Positions 26,171-40,395 of a stretch of DNA of 64,000 nt are shown here, piece by piece. Numbering within the stretch: position 1 is the stretch's first letter; the number at the start of each line of letters is the position of its first letter. The position numbers and the translations under genes are program-made. This DNA is from Oculina patagonica (lineage: Eukaryota): assembly GCF_052425735.1 (NCBI RefSeq), contig NC_135763.1, positions 23,498,001 through 23,562,000 of the forward strand. The letters are read 5' to 3'. The notes below the pieces were generated by a model that saw nothing but the letters and a program-made list of their open reading frames with translations, searched no databases and was not told where the DNA came from.

Positions 26171-26319
26171 ACGGATTAAAACACGTAACGCGACTACCAA
26201 TTATATACCTTACTCGTTCTTTAAACACTTAAGACACTTAACGCGACCGTTCCAAGCCGCCGAGCCACCGAATTATATACCTTACTCGTTCTTTAAAAAC
26301 ACTTAACACGACTTCCGAG

Positions 26320-27103
26320 TAGGCCTTTCTCGATTATGCTAGCATTTTTTTCGGGATTTTTTGGGAAAACGAGCATTTTTTTTCGTTTTTTCTTGAAAAA
26401 GAATTGCTAGCATTTTCTGTCATTTTTCATGACTGTGATCCAGATTTCAGCACTCAGAACTCAGAAGGATAAATAATCCTAAAGTTTCACAATATTGATT
26501 ACTTAATTTGATTGTTTTCTGTCTGTTTCGACTGTTTGTGCGTTGTGTTACTTGTGTACTTGTGTGTGTACACCAACGGAAAAAAGGTATGGGTGGTCAG
26601 CGGGTAACTCTTTCTCTTGCTCAGCCAAGATGTTTTGATTCAAAGCCTCATTCAATGAGCAGCAAGATTGTGCTCTCGTCGATTACATTCAAGCCAGTGT
26701 GATGGCACAATACAACAAGCTATAAGCGCTCGCATCTGCTTACTGTATACTAAAACGTAAACGTTTTATATGATTTAGAAGTTGAACAGAATTGTGCTAG
26801 TTAAGTTGTGTGAACCCAGCGCGTGGTAGTGCTTCAAATATGACTGTTTAGTTGCTGTTGGCTGGAGAAGTTTTAATTCTGACCCAAGTTTTATAAACAA
26901 ACAATTATTGTACACCTGTTGTTGTTATGAGCATATAATGTAAGAGTTTGTACGTTTTGTTTTAAATAAAACAAAGCATTCTTTGGAATTCAAGTGGCAT
27001 TTTTTAAAGAAATCAGGCATTATTTCAGCTTTTTTTTGGCTTTATGCGAGAATTTCCAGTAGCATTAAATGCCAGTTTTACTAGCATAATCGAGAAAGGC
27101 CTA
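26320..27103. mobile_element. hAT-type MITE inserted in a ~60-bp minisatellite
   Basis: TIR TAGGCCTTTCTCGATTATGCTAG / CTAGCATAATCGAGAAAGGCCTA. 8-bp TSD CTTCCGAG (26312-26319, 27104-27111). Host repeat aattatataccttactcgttctttaaa on both sides. Confidence 0.9.
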
Positions 27104-27282
27104 CTTCCGAGCCGCCGAGCGACCGAATTATATACCTTACTCGTTCTTTAAACACTTAACGCGACTTACGAGCCGTCGAGCCGCCGAGCCACTGAATTAT
27201 ATCGCTTCGAAAATGGCTCTGCATTTTGTAATTGCTCCACTGGTGCATTGTGACACCCGGAGTAAAAGTTGTGTGTAGAAGC

Positions 27283-27400
27283 CACAAATGTAATAATTGA
27301 CCACAAATGTAATAACGCCCTCAAGTGTAATAAGGGTTCGACCACAAATGTAATAATGCCCTCAAATGTAATAAGGGTTTGATCACAAATGTAACAATGC
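27283..27400 (+). repeat. Short ~42-bp tandem repeat (cacaaatgtaataa...)
   Basis: Repeated cacaaatgtaataa / ccctcaa.tgtaataagggtt units. Confidence 0.7.
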
Positions 27401-30400
27401 CTTCAATATCAATTGGAAGAATTGAAACAGCTCATTTTAAATTCAAAGACCTACACTTGTGTAAGCCAATCACATTGCATCATTTATTTTACATTATTAA
27501 TTTTCTCTTTTGAGGAAAACGGCGCTGTTTACTGTTTTCACTAGATGTTGTATGCTGAAGGAACAACAAAACCTTAAAACAGAGGACAACTCGCCCAAAG
27601 AGGTAAAGAAAGAATACCGAAACAAAAGTCGCTGTAACAAAAGAAACACCCCTCTGCAACAGACCTGGTGAAACCTGGTTGTTGCGATAAAATTCTTTAC
27701 ATAATCGAGCTTCCGTGCTGAAAGTTTAAAGAAAATCTATCGAGCCGTTTTATAGATTTTTTCAAAAAGCGCTTAAAACCGAAAATTATCTGAAAATTAC
27801 AATACCAGTGGTCGAAAGAAAAAACCAAATTCTCAGAATTGCGTTGTAGAAAGTCAATAAAACTTTCACGACTTCCCTTGCATATATTTCCAACCACGCG
27901 CTTTATCTTTTTTACATTCGTCAAAGGCTATAGTAAAATAGCCGAAAGCTCATATTTTTTCTTAACTTTTTGAACCAGAGAACGCTATTTTACACTTTTA
28001 ACTTTTTTTATAGTTAAGATTACACGGACAATAAACACAAGAGCAGGTACTAGTTTGGCTAATGAACTAAAGCGTTATCTTGCCAAAACAATATTTCTAC
28101 GTTGGATTTTTTATACATTTTTAACAGCTAGCTTGTAAACAAATAAAACTTAACCATCGTAATTTCTCTCCTAACATAAGGCCGTCCCCCTTTTTCCGAC
28201 TTTTTTTGCTTGTTTACAAGCAAAAAGAAGGAGAATAGCAGTTATGTGGGGTATAAATCTGGAACCGGAAGGAATCACATTCTTGTTAACTCTCAAGGGA
28301 CTGTTTTAATTTCTCAAGGGAATACTTTCCGCTGTGGGTGATCAAAGCGCGTGACTTGTAAAGTGTCACTCTATAGTTGTGCTTCAGCACTTCTGTTCCT
28401 GTAGAAAAAACGTGACTTGTCAAATTTACAAACGTTATATAACAATCAAAAACGTGAGTAGCCCATGTCTTACGTCACATAACCAATTTTAAAGAATGTA
28501 AGGGGTTCAGCGCTCGAAGGTAGCGATTAAAACGATTAAGAACGCAATTTGTACTTGTACAAGTCTTTAGGCGCTAATATTGATTTAACCTAAAACGATT
28601 AACAACACAAATTTGTACTGGAACAAGTCTTTCACACACTAAAACGTTGCTAATAGTTAACCAAAGGGAACTCATTTCGTGACAATTGATTATTTCTGCT
28701 GAGTTGCACAATTTAGAATTGCAACATCATTAAATGTGTTAAGTGATATTTACAAGTGCTTTTGTAGCCTGTTGTGAAATTACTTCCGGTGGAAGCAGTA
28801 AACGCTAAACCTTTTTGCTTCTGTTCAGAAGTTAATGCATCGCCATTAGAAAAATAAACAGCAACTGTTTTACTGGAAATGTAGTCGTTAGAAATGGCAT
28901 GTGTAACCATAAGGTAAAGAATTACGCGAGGAGAAGTGGCTTTTGGTAATATCCAAACGAAAATTTACTTCTCAATGTGGGGTTAAGATTGCGTGACGAG
29001 ACAAAAGATAACTCTGTCGTGCGTAACCTTTATCGGGAACCCTGCATAAGCCGAGTAGAAATCTTTTTAACTCGAAAGGAAACAACTATTTCGATTAAAG
29101 GCAAACGTCAAAGTTTACCATTTTTAACCAAGCCAAAGTATATGAGTCGCAAAGCACCCAGCCGTCGCGACTGACAAATACAGCATTTCCTCCGCGAAAA
29201 TAAAAAAATGCTTGAACTGAAAGACGTTTGAATTCTTCCATGATATGTTCGAACAACAATGCCCAGGATAAACCTTCTACTCATACTAACTTCATGCAAA
29301 AAAAGTCGATATCTCGAAGAGATCTTTGATTTTCTCCGTTTACCCTTGAATGCGTTTTCTAATTTTGGGTCAGTCGGTTGGATTAAAAAAAATCCTTAAA
29401 AAAATTCAGTGGGAATCTACTAGAACTAGGAAGCCCGATACCCAAGCATCGTTGCCGTGGTGGCTGGAAACAACGAGATGTGGTTACAAAAGCAACAGCG
29501 CGGAAATTAAGGAAGAAAAAATCGATGTCGTGGTTAAAATCAGCTGAGAAAAGTGAAAAAAAAAAAAAGAATCACCAACGCTTCTTGCGATCTGCCAGCA
29601 TCCATGAGATTTTTCAGTTTGGAGGGGAGGGGGGTGGGGGAGGAACGACGGTATATACTTAAAAGAAGAAAGGGAACGGCCTAACGAAACTTCGACCGTC
29701 TCTATACGAGGCAGCTCGAAGTCAGGGAGTCGAGAAAACAAGGATTTCGAATGCCATCCCCATACTTACAAGGGCAATGAAAATGAGGTCTTGTTCTCGG
29801 GCTATTTCTTTAGGGACACGCGTACGTTTAGTGTTTTTTTTTGGTCACATCCTGTGCTTCTTAGTTTCTTTTCTTTTTTAACCCGATTCTCCCTATGCTT
29901 TTCAATTTCAATAGTATCACATGTGTCGGAATAATCCCACGGATCTTTGGCCGTGGATGAAAAAGCGAGAAATTTAGAAGATTCACTGTCACGATCATTA
30001 GCCGCAGTTGTGCAGCTCTTAAAATTTTTCATCCGGCGACCCATCCGCCATTTTCCTTCACGATCAATGGTCAAAGTCCGCATAATTTTGACCAATGGGA
30101 ACCAGTGTAAAGAGGCACTGAAACTGTGTATGTTTCCTAGGAGTGCTTCAGAAGCTGACGACCCTTTTGTACAACAGCATACCCAATAACTAATGAAACA
30201 AGAACTGAATTCCATACTTCTTGCACGGGAACAATTTTCACCGGGGAAACTTAAGTCTACACCAAAGAGAAATAAAATTGACCAGGGAGTTTTTAAAAAC
30301 CAGCAGGGGCCAGGGAGGTCTTAATTCCACCAGGGAGGGCAAAAGAAACCACCAGGTCTGTTACAGAGGGGTGTTTTAGTTTTAAATCTTTTCACACCCT

Positions 30401-30778
30401 CCCTTGCATATATTTCCAATCACGCGCTTACTCTTTTTTACATTCGTTAAATGCTATAGTATAATAGCCGAAAGCTTATATTTTTCTTAAACTTTTTAAC
30501 CAGAGAATGCTTTTTACATTGATTTTATTATGTCATATCCTGGTTACAGTTCAATCTTTAAGGGGATGGGGTCACCCTACCAACATAGCATTGAGACTAG
30601 CGAGGGGGGGGGGGGGGGGAATATTCGGCAGCTGTTAATCGCTCACGAAAGTTGAATTACTTTTCATACTATAAGTAATATAATATATTAAACGTCGGAA
30701 CCATATTGTTTTTCTTGTTTAGAGCTACGGTTGAGCTGAGCCATCGAGAGGTTTACACAGAACACGATCATCACGACC

Positions 30779-31618
30779 ATGAATCCAAGTTATATGTTCT
30801 TGATGGCGCTTCACCTTGTTGGAGTTCTGTTTAACATACGAATGTTGGCAAGCTGCTTCAAAGACAAGGCGAAATACACAATTCTTCAAAGATGCAGGCC
30901 AGTCATGATAACTCAGTGCATTCTGCATCTCTCTCTTCTCGCGTTGAATGCCAACGAAGTTACAAAAACGTTCAGTAGCGAACAGGGACATGAATGGTGC
31001 GGAACTACCAGCGTTCTGATGACTTCAGTGGGTTTTCTTATGATTTACAACCTGTTGGCGATTCTAGCTATAGAAGATCACACCATAGTCGGCCTTAAGC
31101 GCGAGGTTTCTACCAAAGTAGCCATGTTAGGAACATTTATTGCCGGGGTAATAAGCTGTGGGATGCTATTTTGGGCTAGCGCTGTCTCGACGTCAGAACT
31201 CTGCGTGTCTTACCTAGCTTCAAGTGTTGCCTGCACACTAATGATGTTTCTACTGTTATTGTTAGCCTTCAGGATTTGTACGCAAACCGCTCACGACTCA
31301 GCCAAGACATCAACGGATGAAACGTCTCTTTGGCTCAGTATCTTGAGCAAAAACAAGATTGCTGTATTTTTGACAGTGTTTTGCATTGTTTTCGAGGTAT
31401 TAAGCATCGTGTTTACCAGCATTCGTGCTCAAGAAAGCATTGCACAGTTTCAAGAATCCAGATTCTTCCAAAAGATTTTTTATCTAAACATAATTTGGTT
31501 TGCAGTAGGAATAGCTCTTCCTGTAATTTTTCGACAGTTTATTGATTCAAACGCGGCTAATGCCAAAGTAATCACTTACGAAAATCGTTACAGTGCAAAT
31601 ATAACAATTTCAGTGTAA
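30779..31618 (+). CDS. Atypical class A 7TM receptor, copy 2, 279 aa
   Basis: Near-identical paralog of copy 1 (EDH at the DRY position), intact ORF. Confidence 0.75.
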   Translation: MNPSYMFLMALHLVGVLFNIRMLASCFKDKAKYTILQRCRPVMITQCILHLSLLALNANEVTKTFSSEQGHEWCGTTSVLMTSVGFLMIYNLLAILAIEDHTIVGLKREVSTKVAMLGTFIAGVISCGMLFWASAVSTSELCVSYLASSVACTLMMFLLLLLAFRICTQTAHDSAKTSTDETSLWLSILSKNKIAVFLTVFCIVFEVLSIVFTSIRAQESIAQFQESRFFQKIFYLNIIWFAVGIALPVIFRQFIDSNAANAKVITYENRYSANITISV

Positions 31619-32257
31619 AATTTTAAGAAATTTGAATATTTATTATATTTATTAAGGAGGCTCGATGTAGTTTTTTTAGCCGAAGGGTGGTTGTTTTGAA
31701 AACTAAAATTATCTAGGAAGCCAATGTTCGATTTTTGCCAAAATACACCATAATGATCAAATATGACCAAATTTTAATTTTTTACCCGTAACTTAGTCAC
31801 AAAGGTTACCATAGCAACGATTGACGTTTTCTTTTGTTCTCAAACAAGCTTGATTTTCTCGAAATCTAGATTGACTCTTGGTATTCATTTTTTGATATGT
31901 TAAAGTTTAGTAGATCGACTAACTGTTGACGAAATTTTAGAAAAATCTGTAAGAGCGTTTTCAAGTAATTAATCAAAGGTCTCTATGAGACTACGACTAT
32001 TTAATCGGGCGTGGCCGATTTATAGTTTACCCTTTGGTCGTCCTAGAGCGTAGTCTCCTGGCGCGGCCAAAAAGACGGGGATAGCTTGGGGTTGCTACAA
32101 AACCGCTACGGGTGACGCATACCGCAATGGTTTTCATTTTAGTTTTGACAGGAAATCGTTGCAGGCACACTTGGTCGACTTTTGGGTTAATGTGTAATCA
32201 GGTTGTGTTTTTTTGCTTCGGCGGAAGGACAGAGAAAAAAGCTTACGGGGCAAAGTA

Positions 32258-33678
32258 CAGTATGGGGCCCAGTTCTCGGCCACTTTTGACGTAAACTTGT
32301 ATTTCTTACCTCAGAAGAACCGCAGGAACTTGAAATTTCTCCCAGAGCTAGCTACATTATTCAGCTTTTTGGTGTAAAGCTATCGACCGGTCAAAAATTA
32401 ATTTGCCCGAGCAATAATAAAAATAAAAGCTCCATTTGTGGGCCTAGTTCTCGGCCACCTTGGCCCAGTTCTCGGCCACTTTTGACGTAAACTTGTATTT
32501 CTTACCTCAGAAGAACCGCAGGAACTTGAAATTTCTCCCAGAGCTAGCTACATTATTCAGCTTTTTGGTGTAAAGCTATCGACCGGTCAAAAATTAATTT
32601 GCCTGAGCAATAATAAAAATAAAAGCTCCATTTGTGGGCCCAGTTCTCGGCCACCTTGGCCCAGTTCTCGGCCACTTTTGACGTAAACTTGTATTTCTTA
32701 CCTCAGAAGAACCGCGGGAACTTGAAATTTCTCCCAGAGCTGGCTACATTATTCAGCTTTTTGGTGTAAAGCTATCGACCGGTCAAAAATTAATTTGCCC
32801 GAGCAATAATAAAAATAAAAGCTCCATTTGTGGGCCCAGTTCTCGGCCACTAAAAAGCTTGTGCGTAATTATCTGTAAAAAAAATGCTCAATTAATTTTC
32901 ACAGTCATAAAATCACTCTGTAAACCTTTTTATACTATATCGATCCCAAATTATTTTTATGATGCTTTGTTTTACTTTAGAAAAGAAGGATTTAAACGCG
33001 CCTAGTTGCCTATGTGCAGGTTCTGGCAAAACCGCATTGTGTGACCCGTGCATTTAGATGGTTTATTTTGCAGTGAAAAGGTCTTGAAAGATTTAGGTGT
33101 TGTAGAAATAATAGACAAGACAAGAGTCAGCTCAAAACTTAGAGATAAGATTGAACTTTATTTTTAAAACATTTATTTCTTTCATTCTGGCAGCAGCAGA
33201 TGAAATTATATTAAAAACCAAGCGCTAAGCTGTGATAGCGAGCAGGGTGGCCGAGAACTGGCAAATACGCAAACGTCGCAAGAAAAAATTTCGAAGTAAA
33301 TTAAGACCAAAAAATACAACGGTTCAACGAAAAGTTAACTAAAGCAGAAAGCTGAATTATTCTACGTTTCACATGCCAAAAATTAGCTCGTATGGTGGGG
33401 GCTTTTGGATAAAATACGAATTTAACTACATCCATGAATTTGGAGCCGTAAACAAACAACTTTTTCGGGAATGCAAATTCACCTACCTCCGCGCAAACTC
33501 GACGTGTGAGCTTTCTATATCGAATTGAACGATCAAACTCAAGATACTTAAAGCACATGAATCAGTCTATCGTTTGAAGGAAATACCTTTTTCTTTTGAT
33601 TCAACTGGAGTGTGAAAAAACGCGTTAAACACAAAGTGGCCGAGAACTGGACCCGGCCGAGAACTGGGCCCCATACTG
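32258..33678. mobile_element. Tc1/mariner-pogo type non-autonomous element with three internal 196-bp tandem repeats
   Basis: TIR CAGTATGGGGCCCAGTTCTCGGCC / GGCCGAGAACTGGGCCCCATACTG, TA TSD. tttgacgtaaac recurs at 32285, 32481 and 32677. Confidence 0.9.
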
Positions 33679-34916
33679 TACTGATATTCACCATTGTGAA
33701 ATTGCACTTACTTTGACAAGTTAAAGTTATTTTTGTAAATGAAAAAGGTAACGTCATTGATGTCACGCAGTGTTTTTTTTAGCAAACTAGATGGTTTGCT
33801 GGTTTCTGACTATGAATGGGGGTGTGATCTTGCGGTATATTTTTTGAGCCTGACTCCGCCGTAAAACTTTTTTTTTATTTAGCAAGAACTGTGTCGATTT
33901 TCATTTCTGAACAATTGGTCGTCAAGTCGTTTGTCACAAAGAGTAGAATGTTTGTACAGCATGTTTTGGAATTATTTTAGATTTGGTTAGTAAGACGCTT
34001 CTGAAGACCTGAGCAAAACATTGAGAATGTACAGTATTAATAGGAACTTGAATGGAATTTTTCACAAGTTGGATAAAGGTATCAACTGAAAAAAATGGAA
34101 TTCAAAATGAGAACTTGGATTTTGTTGTAATTAAATTTTATCGCGGATTGGATGCATAATATCACGGCTTTGAAAGTCTTCAAATAATTAGAAAGGTTCC
34201 TTTCTTCCTTTTGATCTTATTGTTATTTTCATGTATTGATTATTCGAAAGTGGTTTTCGTTGATACGAAAAAAAAACGGGTTTTCACTGAATTGCTTGAA
34301 GTATTTTTAGACGTGATAATATTGGCTTAATCAAATTACATTGTGCACGAAATATTTGTTATTCTTTTGTCTTGAAACTTTGAGGAAATTGAAATTTTTG
34401 TTTGACAGTAGTGTATGGAAGGCATTTTATAGAACTGAATAAAAAATAAGAAACATTGATAAAGGTTATTTCAAAGATTTATTTTGCCTGATTTTGAAGG
34501 GTTTTAGGAGTTTTAAAGAGTGCTGGTAAACGGCTGTATGTTGTTTGTGATTACGGATCTTATTTAGTTTCGAACGCTCTAATTTTTGAAAGGTTAAAAC
34601 AGGTTAAAACCGGGCGGTTTCATGAGTTTTTTGGGTAGAAAGGTACGGTGGTGGTCAAAAAAAAATGTTTAGAAAGGAATGACTGTAGTAGCACGTAAGT
34701 CGGAGGTTTGCGTGAGTCACGGGGTATAGTATGCGTGAGCTGGATTTCCGGCGTCATAACGGCATGTTTTGTTTACTGAAAGATACACTCGACGTTTAGT
34801 TAGCTTAGTCGGCTTGGGAAACTATTTTAAAAATGAATGTTGTAATAGTTAATTAATAGTAATCTAGAATTAACCCACTCTCGATTGGAGTCTGTTCTGG
34901 ATTCGCGCTACCTTTT

Positions 34917-35820
34917 CAGGGGCGGATCCAGGGGGGGTGGATTGGGTGGCTAGCCACCCCCCTTGATCCACCAGAAAAACAAAAATAAAGATATTAAAAT
35001 AGAAAATAAGGACAATGTCCATCCATAGTAACCTCATAGTCACCTTTCATAGTTAAGAAAGTTAAGAAAGGCCATTTTTCCAAAGTAGGAGATTTTCGAA
35101 AGGCCTGGTTTATGAACTTCTGGCTTAATGTAACAAAACATGTGTGTATAATTTTAAAAAATTAGATTCCTTTTAACTTTCAAGAGTTGTTTTAGCCTTG
35201 CTGGAATGATTTTCTTCTCCATTTACATCTTTTTTAGCGAGTTTTCGTACCGTTTTTTCGCATCGAAGCGAAGCAAGCAAAGTCGCCAAAGTTGTTCCCA
35301 GGCCACTTTGCCAAGGGCTAAAAATTTTCACGCATGTGGGTGAGCAAAAAAAAACGCATAACTGTTCTTTCCTGTAAGTTCCTGGCTTGTCAACTTTAAA
35401 TTTCAATCACTGTTCATTTCATAAGAACTAGACTTTTTCTCCGAAATATAACTCAAGGTAAGTTGAAGAAAGAATATTTTGCCAAATTATCAAGGAAAAA
35501 CAGTGTTTTAATAACTTAATTGACAGCTGTATAAAGCCGCTCAGAATCGCGGAAATCACGTCTAAGAGGCTTCAACTTTTCAAAATTTTCTGAGGGGGCA
35601 TGCCCCCAGACCCCCCTAGGGGGAAGGATCCTTTGCCTTCACTAAATATGGGCCACAGACCCAAAATGATTTGCACTCCACTTTCAAAAAACTGCCTAAA
35701 AGCCCGACCCCCCCCCCCCCTCCCCCTACAATAAAAAACAAACTGGGGCTTGAACAATATAGCAAACAAAAATATTGGTAAACAGCCACCCCCCTTTGAG
35801 AAATCCTGGATCCGCCCGTG
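34917..35820. mobile_element. MITE with CAGGGGCGGATCCAG-type TIRs
   Basis: CAGGGGCGGATCCAGG ... CCTGGATCCGCCCGTG, flanked on both sides by CTTTT. Confidence 0.8.
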
Positions 35821-36167
35821 CTTTTCGCCGCGAAGGAATTTTGTAAAATTTCGCTAGTGGAAAGAGGGTACTGTAAGAACAGTATCAATAACTCAAAAGG
35901 AGGAACTTCTTTGTAGCTCTGAATTAAGACGTATGATAAAATTTTAGAATAAGAAACTTTCGATATATGGTTTTCATATTGTTTTTGTCAATTTCCTTTT
36001 GTGGCAGATTTTTTGAGAATCAGCTTTTCTTTCGTGTGATGACAGACACAGGACAGAACGAGAGGTGGATGAGAAAGATGCCGAAGATGAATAGGCACCG
36101 AAAAACGACAAGAACCGTCAAGGACTTATCTTTAGAGGGCGGGGAGTTTTGGCATACTGTATTTCGA

Positions 36168-37144
36168 GGACTGGACTGGACTAGTAAAACGCGGACTAGT
36201 AAAACGCGGACTTGTAAAACGCGGACTAGTATAACGCGGACTAGTAAGACGCGGACTTGTAAAACGCGGACTAGTAAAACGCGGACTCAGGTAAAACGCG
36301 GACTTGTAAAAGGCGGACTAGTAAAACGCGGACTAGTAAAACGCGGACTTGTAAAACGAGGACTAGTAAAACGCGGACTTGTAAAACGCGGACTTGTAAA
36401 ACGAGGGCTTGTTAAGCACGGACTTGTAGAACGCGGACTTGTAAAACAAGCGCTTGTAAATCGGATAAAACTAAACGGTTTAGCGAGCGAAACAATTTGT
36501 GTTTGAAGCTCTTGTGTGTTTCTTCGACGGCATATTTCTAGCTTTTTTGAGCACTCTATGGTCTGTTTTAGCGTGGAGATGTTTTTGCAGTATAGCACAT
36601 GTTCGTTCTGCAAACCCCTACTAAAACAACGGGATTGATGCTATGAGTTGTGTGCATATGTCTCTTTCTTTCCACTACTTGACGTCTGTTGAGTGCAGTC
36701 GTTTGTATTGCTCGCACGAGGTAGAACGGGGCCCGTCCAGAAATCAACAGTCAATCGTAAATAAAGGTGACGGGCCTACACGACTCCTACGTTCGTGACA
36801 TTAGAATATTTGCCGTTAAATGTTTAAATTCGGTCTTTCGACCTTATTTGCTTCTGACTTCTTTCTGAGGGTACTGTTTTAATTTGGGGGCAGTATGTGG
36901 TAAATAAAGGTGACGGGCCTACACGACTCCTACGTTCGTGACATTAGAACATTTGCCGTTATATGTTCAAATTCGGTCTTTCGACCTTATTTGCTTCTGA
37001 CTTCTTTCTGAGGTTACTGTTTTTTTGAGACATTATGTATTGAAGAGAGCCGTAAGATGATTGTGGCCAAGGAATTCGAAGTGTCTAGAGGCGTTTTACA
37101 AGTCCGCGTTTTACTAGTCCGCGTTTTACTAGTCCAGTCCAGTC
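36168..37144. mobile_element. TIR element with a 15-bp subterminal tandem array (GGACTWGTAAAACGC)n and an internal ~120-bp direct duplication
   Basis: gactggactggactagtaaaacgcg array at 36168-36460, inverted copy at 37095-37144. taaataaaggtgacgggcc... repeated at ~36758 and ~36902. Confidence 0.8.
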
Positions 37145-39784
37145 TACAACTTAAAGACACATCAAGACCACCCCACTGTGAATTGCCATAGCACAGACAA
37201 AATTATAGTCAATATCTTATGTGTTTTTAAGAGAATTACATAAGAACCAAGGCATGTCTTGTCTTGCCTTACATTGACATGCAATAATTTGGAAATACTA
37301 AGCTCGTAACAGTTTAAGACAGAATCCATCAGGAATTTGAGTAACATTAATTTTTGTTACGCAAAAATTGAGCACCAGAATAATTTAAATCCTTGTGTTC
37401 TTTCATACCTTGTTAAAGGCTTGACATGTGATAACACCAACATAACACCAACAACAGTTCTTTATCAGTGGGGATTGAAGAAAAAAATGGAAACATCGTC
37501 ACACAGTTGACCCCCATGCAAAAACACTCCAGGATGTCACGGGACTGTTTGGTGTCCGTCTGCCAATTTCTAACTTCAAATTCCAATGTTAAATTCACAT
37601 TAAATTTTCAATATTTCTTAGTTGTCTAAATTTTACTAATTCTTTTAAAAAAACTATCACCTGCCAAACATCCCCAAAAATCACTCAAAAAATTACAAAA
37701 TACCGCAATACATAGATACATGGGATGAGTGAAGTTTCCTTGGATTCCTTGAAACACCAACAAGATATTTCCGTTTAAGGTGGCTGATAATGGGTTTCAG
37801 TATTTCCCAGTCCTTATACTTTGGTTCAGGACTAAAAGCCTTCATCAATTGCTATTACAGTAATGGTATGAAACAAATGTTCAATCATTCATCAACAAGT
37901 TGTGATCATTTTCTTGACAATAGTAGTTCCCCGGTAAACAGTTGTAGTACTGTCCCATCAAAGTGCAATGCCTGGAAAATACCGAAAAGCACACGACCTT
38001 CAGGTGAAACCGCACCTTACAGTATTACCAATACACTGCACTTTGCTAAGTCTTAAAACTTTACATTGTCTAGTCGTCTACTTCAATCGTTTATTTGTAT
38101 TTTGTGAGATACATTTATAAATTGAAACCATCATGTCATTAAGTAATAATGCAATCTCGACAACGTTCTAGATATTATATTATGCACACTAATACAGCTC
38201 ATGCAAGCCCTGTGACTTACACAAACACAGTCGGACTGAGTGCTACTTAAGTAACTGCTTCGTGGTTTCTGCTGTACTGAACCCTGCCTTTCAAGGCAAA
38301 GCGCCCGATTTTAAGCTTCTCAAGCTTCTCAATGTTCTTGTTTGCTATGGCCTATCTGTTGGCAGTCAATTGTGGTATGGAGTAGTCTTTTGCTAAAGGG
38401 TGAAAGAGGCTTTTCATGTTGTTTAGGAGTGGAAGTCTTGAAATATAAATTTTCCCTTGAGGGTAAGCTCCTGTATTTTTTAGCCATGGTTGGTAATGGA
38501 TTTTCATCCCTTTGTACATTTCTATATTTCTTCCCTTTGTATATTTCTAGTTGGGGGTGTGTTGCTGGAACTTTGAAACGTTTGCCCACACCCCCGGCCC
38601 ACACCGAAAAGAAATCCCTTGAAGGGAGAACGCGAATAAATTGTGACCGAGGCAGGTTCTGGTGTTGTTAGTGAACAACGAATCAGACTTATAGCCACAA
38701 TAAAATTTATTTATGCAGGAAAACAGATTACAAATGAAAAAGGGTGATTGCAAACTGAAAAGAATAAATTACAATAGCAAATCACTAAAAATATTACAAA
38801 ATAATCAAAATATAATACAGAAATAATAGTACAACTAGAATCTTGCAAATGATCATTCACTAAATTCCTACAAAGTATTGCATGACAAAAGAATAAACAT
38901 TGCATGACACTAAGTAAAATATTAATCCTCTTATCCAGAAACAAAACTGACACCGGAACTGACACTTATTAGAGAGCTATTCTTAGAACTAAATGTGAAT
39001 TAACTGAAAACAAGTGTTATATACCAAATAATAGCTCAACACAGCAAAACAATGAAATAAACTAATCTTGATGGCGATTTAAATGATTCTTAGACACAAA
39101 ACTAAGAAAAACTGTAAACTTGTTACTTTGTGACAGGACAACATCTGTCATCATAGCTGGATTAAACAAAGCTAGACTAACAGTGAAATATCTAATTTCA
39201 ACAATGAACTCTTGCAGTATTGTGTAACAAAATGAGTTTCATGTAAATACAATGTTTTGGAAACTACATGTGCAATGTTCTTCTGGACACAATTTGGATA
39301 TGAATCAACACAGGATTCAAGCTAAGACTAGACAATTGGCTTAAGATAAGTACATGTTGACTGTAGTATTGAACTTAAACCTAAACTGTAGACATAATAA
39401 CAAGGTCAAATGTGACATACCAAAATCCTGAGTGAAATGAATCACCAACTTAGGTCACAAGGAATAGTACTGTACTTGACCGAGGGGTCCTCAGCTTGTA
39501 AGTGCAGGTCTTGAACACTTTGAACTACTGAATTAAACTAACTAACTGCACTTCTTTTATTAGGAAACAAACAAAAATTATAGAAGGAAATTCTTATGAT
39601 TGTAATACAAGGTGTGGTGGTGTGACATATGGGAAATTCATGATGTAAATCCTGTGTGGTTAGATTATGTGGGTTGATTCAGTAAAGAAAGGAAATAGTT
39701 TCTACTAAACTGTAATTCTAACTTTATACTAAAAATGCAATGTCACGTTTTTTGTGAACCTGGTCACAAAATGATTATAAACTT

Positions 39785-40395
39785 GTGTTTAGCGAGACTA
39801 ACGCAATCGATTGTCGCGAAAACAAATCCTTTAGGTTAAATAGCGCAGCTGTAGTATGTGAAAGACTTGTAAAAGTGTTAATCGTTTTAGGTTAGATATT
39901 AGCGCTCCTTATGTGTGTGAGACGCTTGTACCAGTCCAAACTTGCGTTTTTTACGTTCTAGGTTACATATTAGCGTCGCTTTAGTCTGTGAAAGACTTAT
40001 ACATTGCCTTCAAGTGTTGACTGACGCTTTGTTCACCCACACCGAAAAGAAATCCCTTGAATTGAGAACGCGAATGATTATTTACTCGTGTTTAGCGTGA
40101 CTAACGCAATCGATTGTCGCGAAAACAAATCCTTTAGGTTAAATATTAGCGCGACTTATACGTTGCCTTTAAGTGTTGACTGACGCTTTGTTCACCCACA
40201 CCGAAAAGAAATCCCTTGAATTGAGAACGCGAATAAACGATTATTTACTCGTGTTTAGCGTGACTAACGCATTCGATTGTCGCGAAAACAAATCCTTTAG
40301 GTTAAATATTAGCGCGAAAAGAAATCCCTTGAATTGAGAACGCGAATAAATGATTATTTACTCGTGTTTAGCGTGACTAACGCAATCGATTGTGA
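39785..40395 (+). repeat. Irregular tandem repeats (gtgtttagcgtgactaacgcaatcgattgtcgcgaaaacaaatcc / aaagaaatcccttgaattgagaacgcgaat)
   Basis: About four copies of the first module and three of the second. Confidence 0.8.

Noticed and set aside
32266-32851. Regularly spaced repeats superficially like a CRISPR array
   Set aside because: The whole 196-bp unit repeats with no unique spacers, there are no cas genes, and it lies inside a eukaryotic MITE.
35967-36613. ORFs with (SKTRT)n, (KRGLV)n and (TSPRF)n repeats
   Set aside because: They are translations of a 15-bp subterminal repeat array of a TIR element, open in several frames on both strands.
37400-38650. Possible minus-strand exons (e.g. 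MKAFSPEPKYKDWEILKP..., ...KYRNVQRDENPLPT...)
   Set aside because: No recognisable domain, interrupted by stops, and no consistent exon chain could be built.
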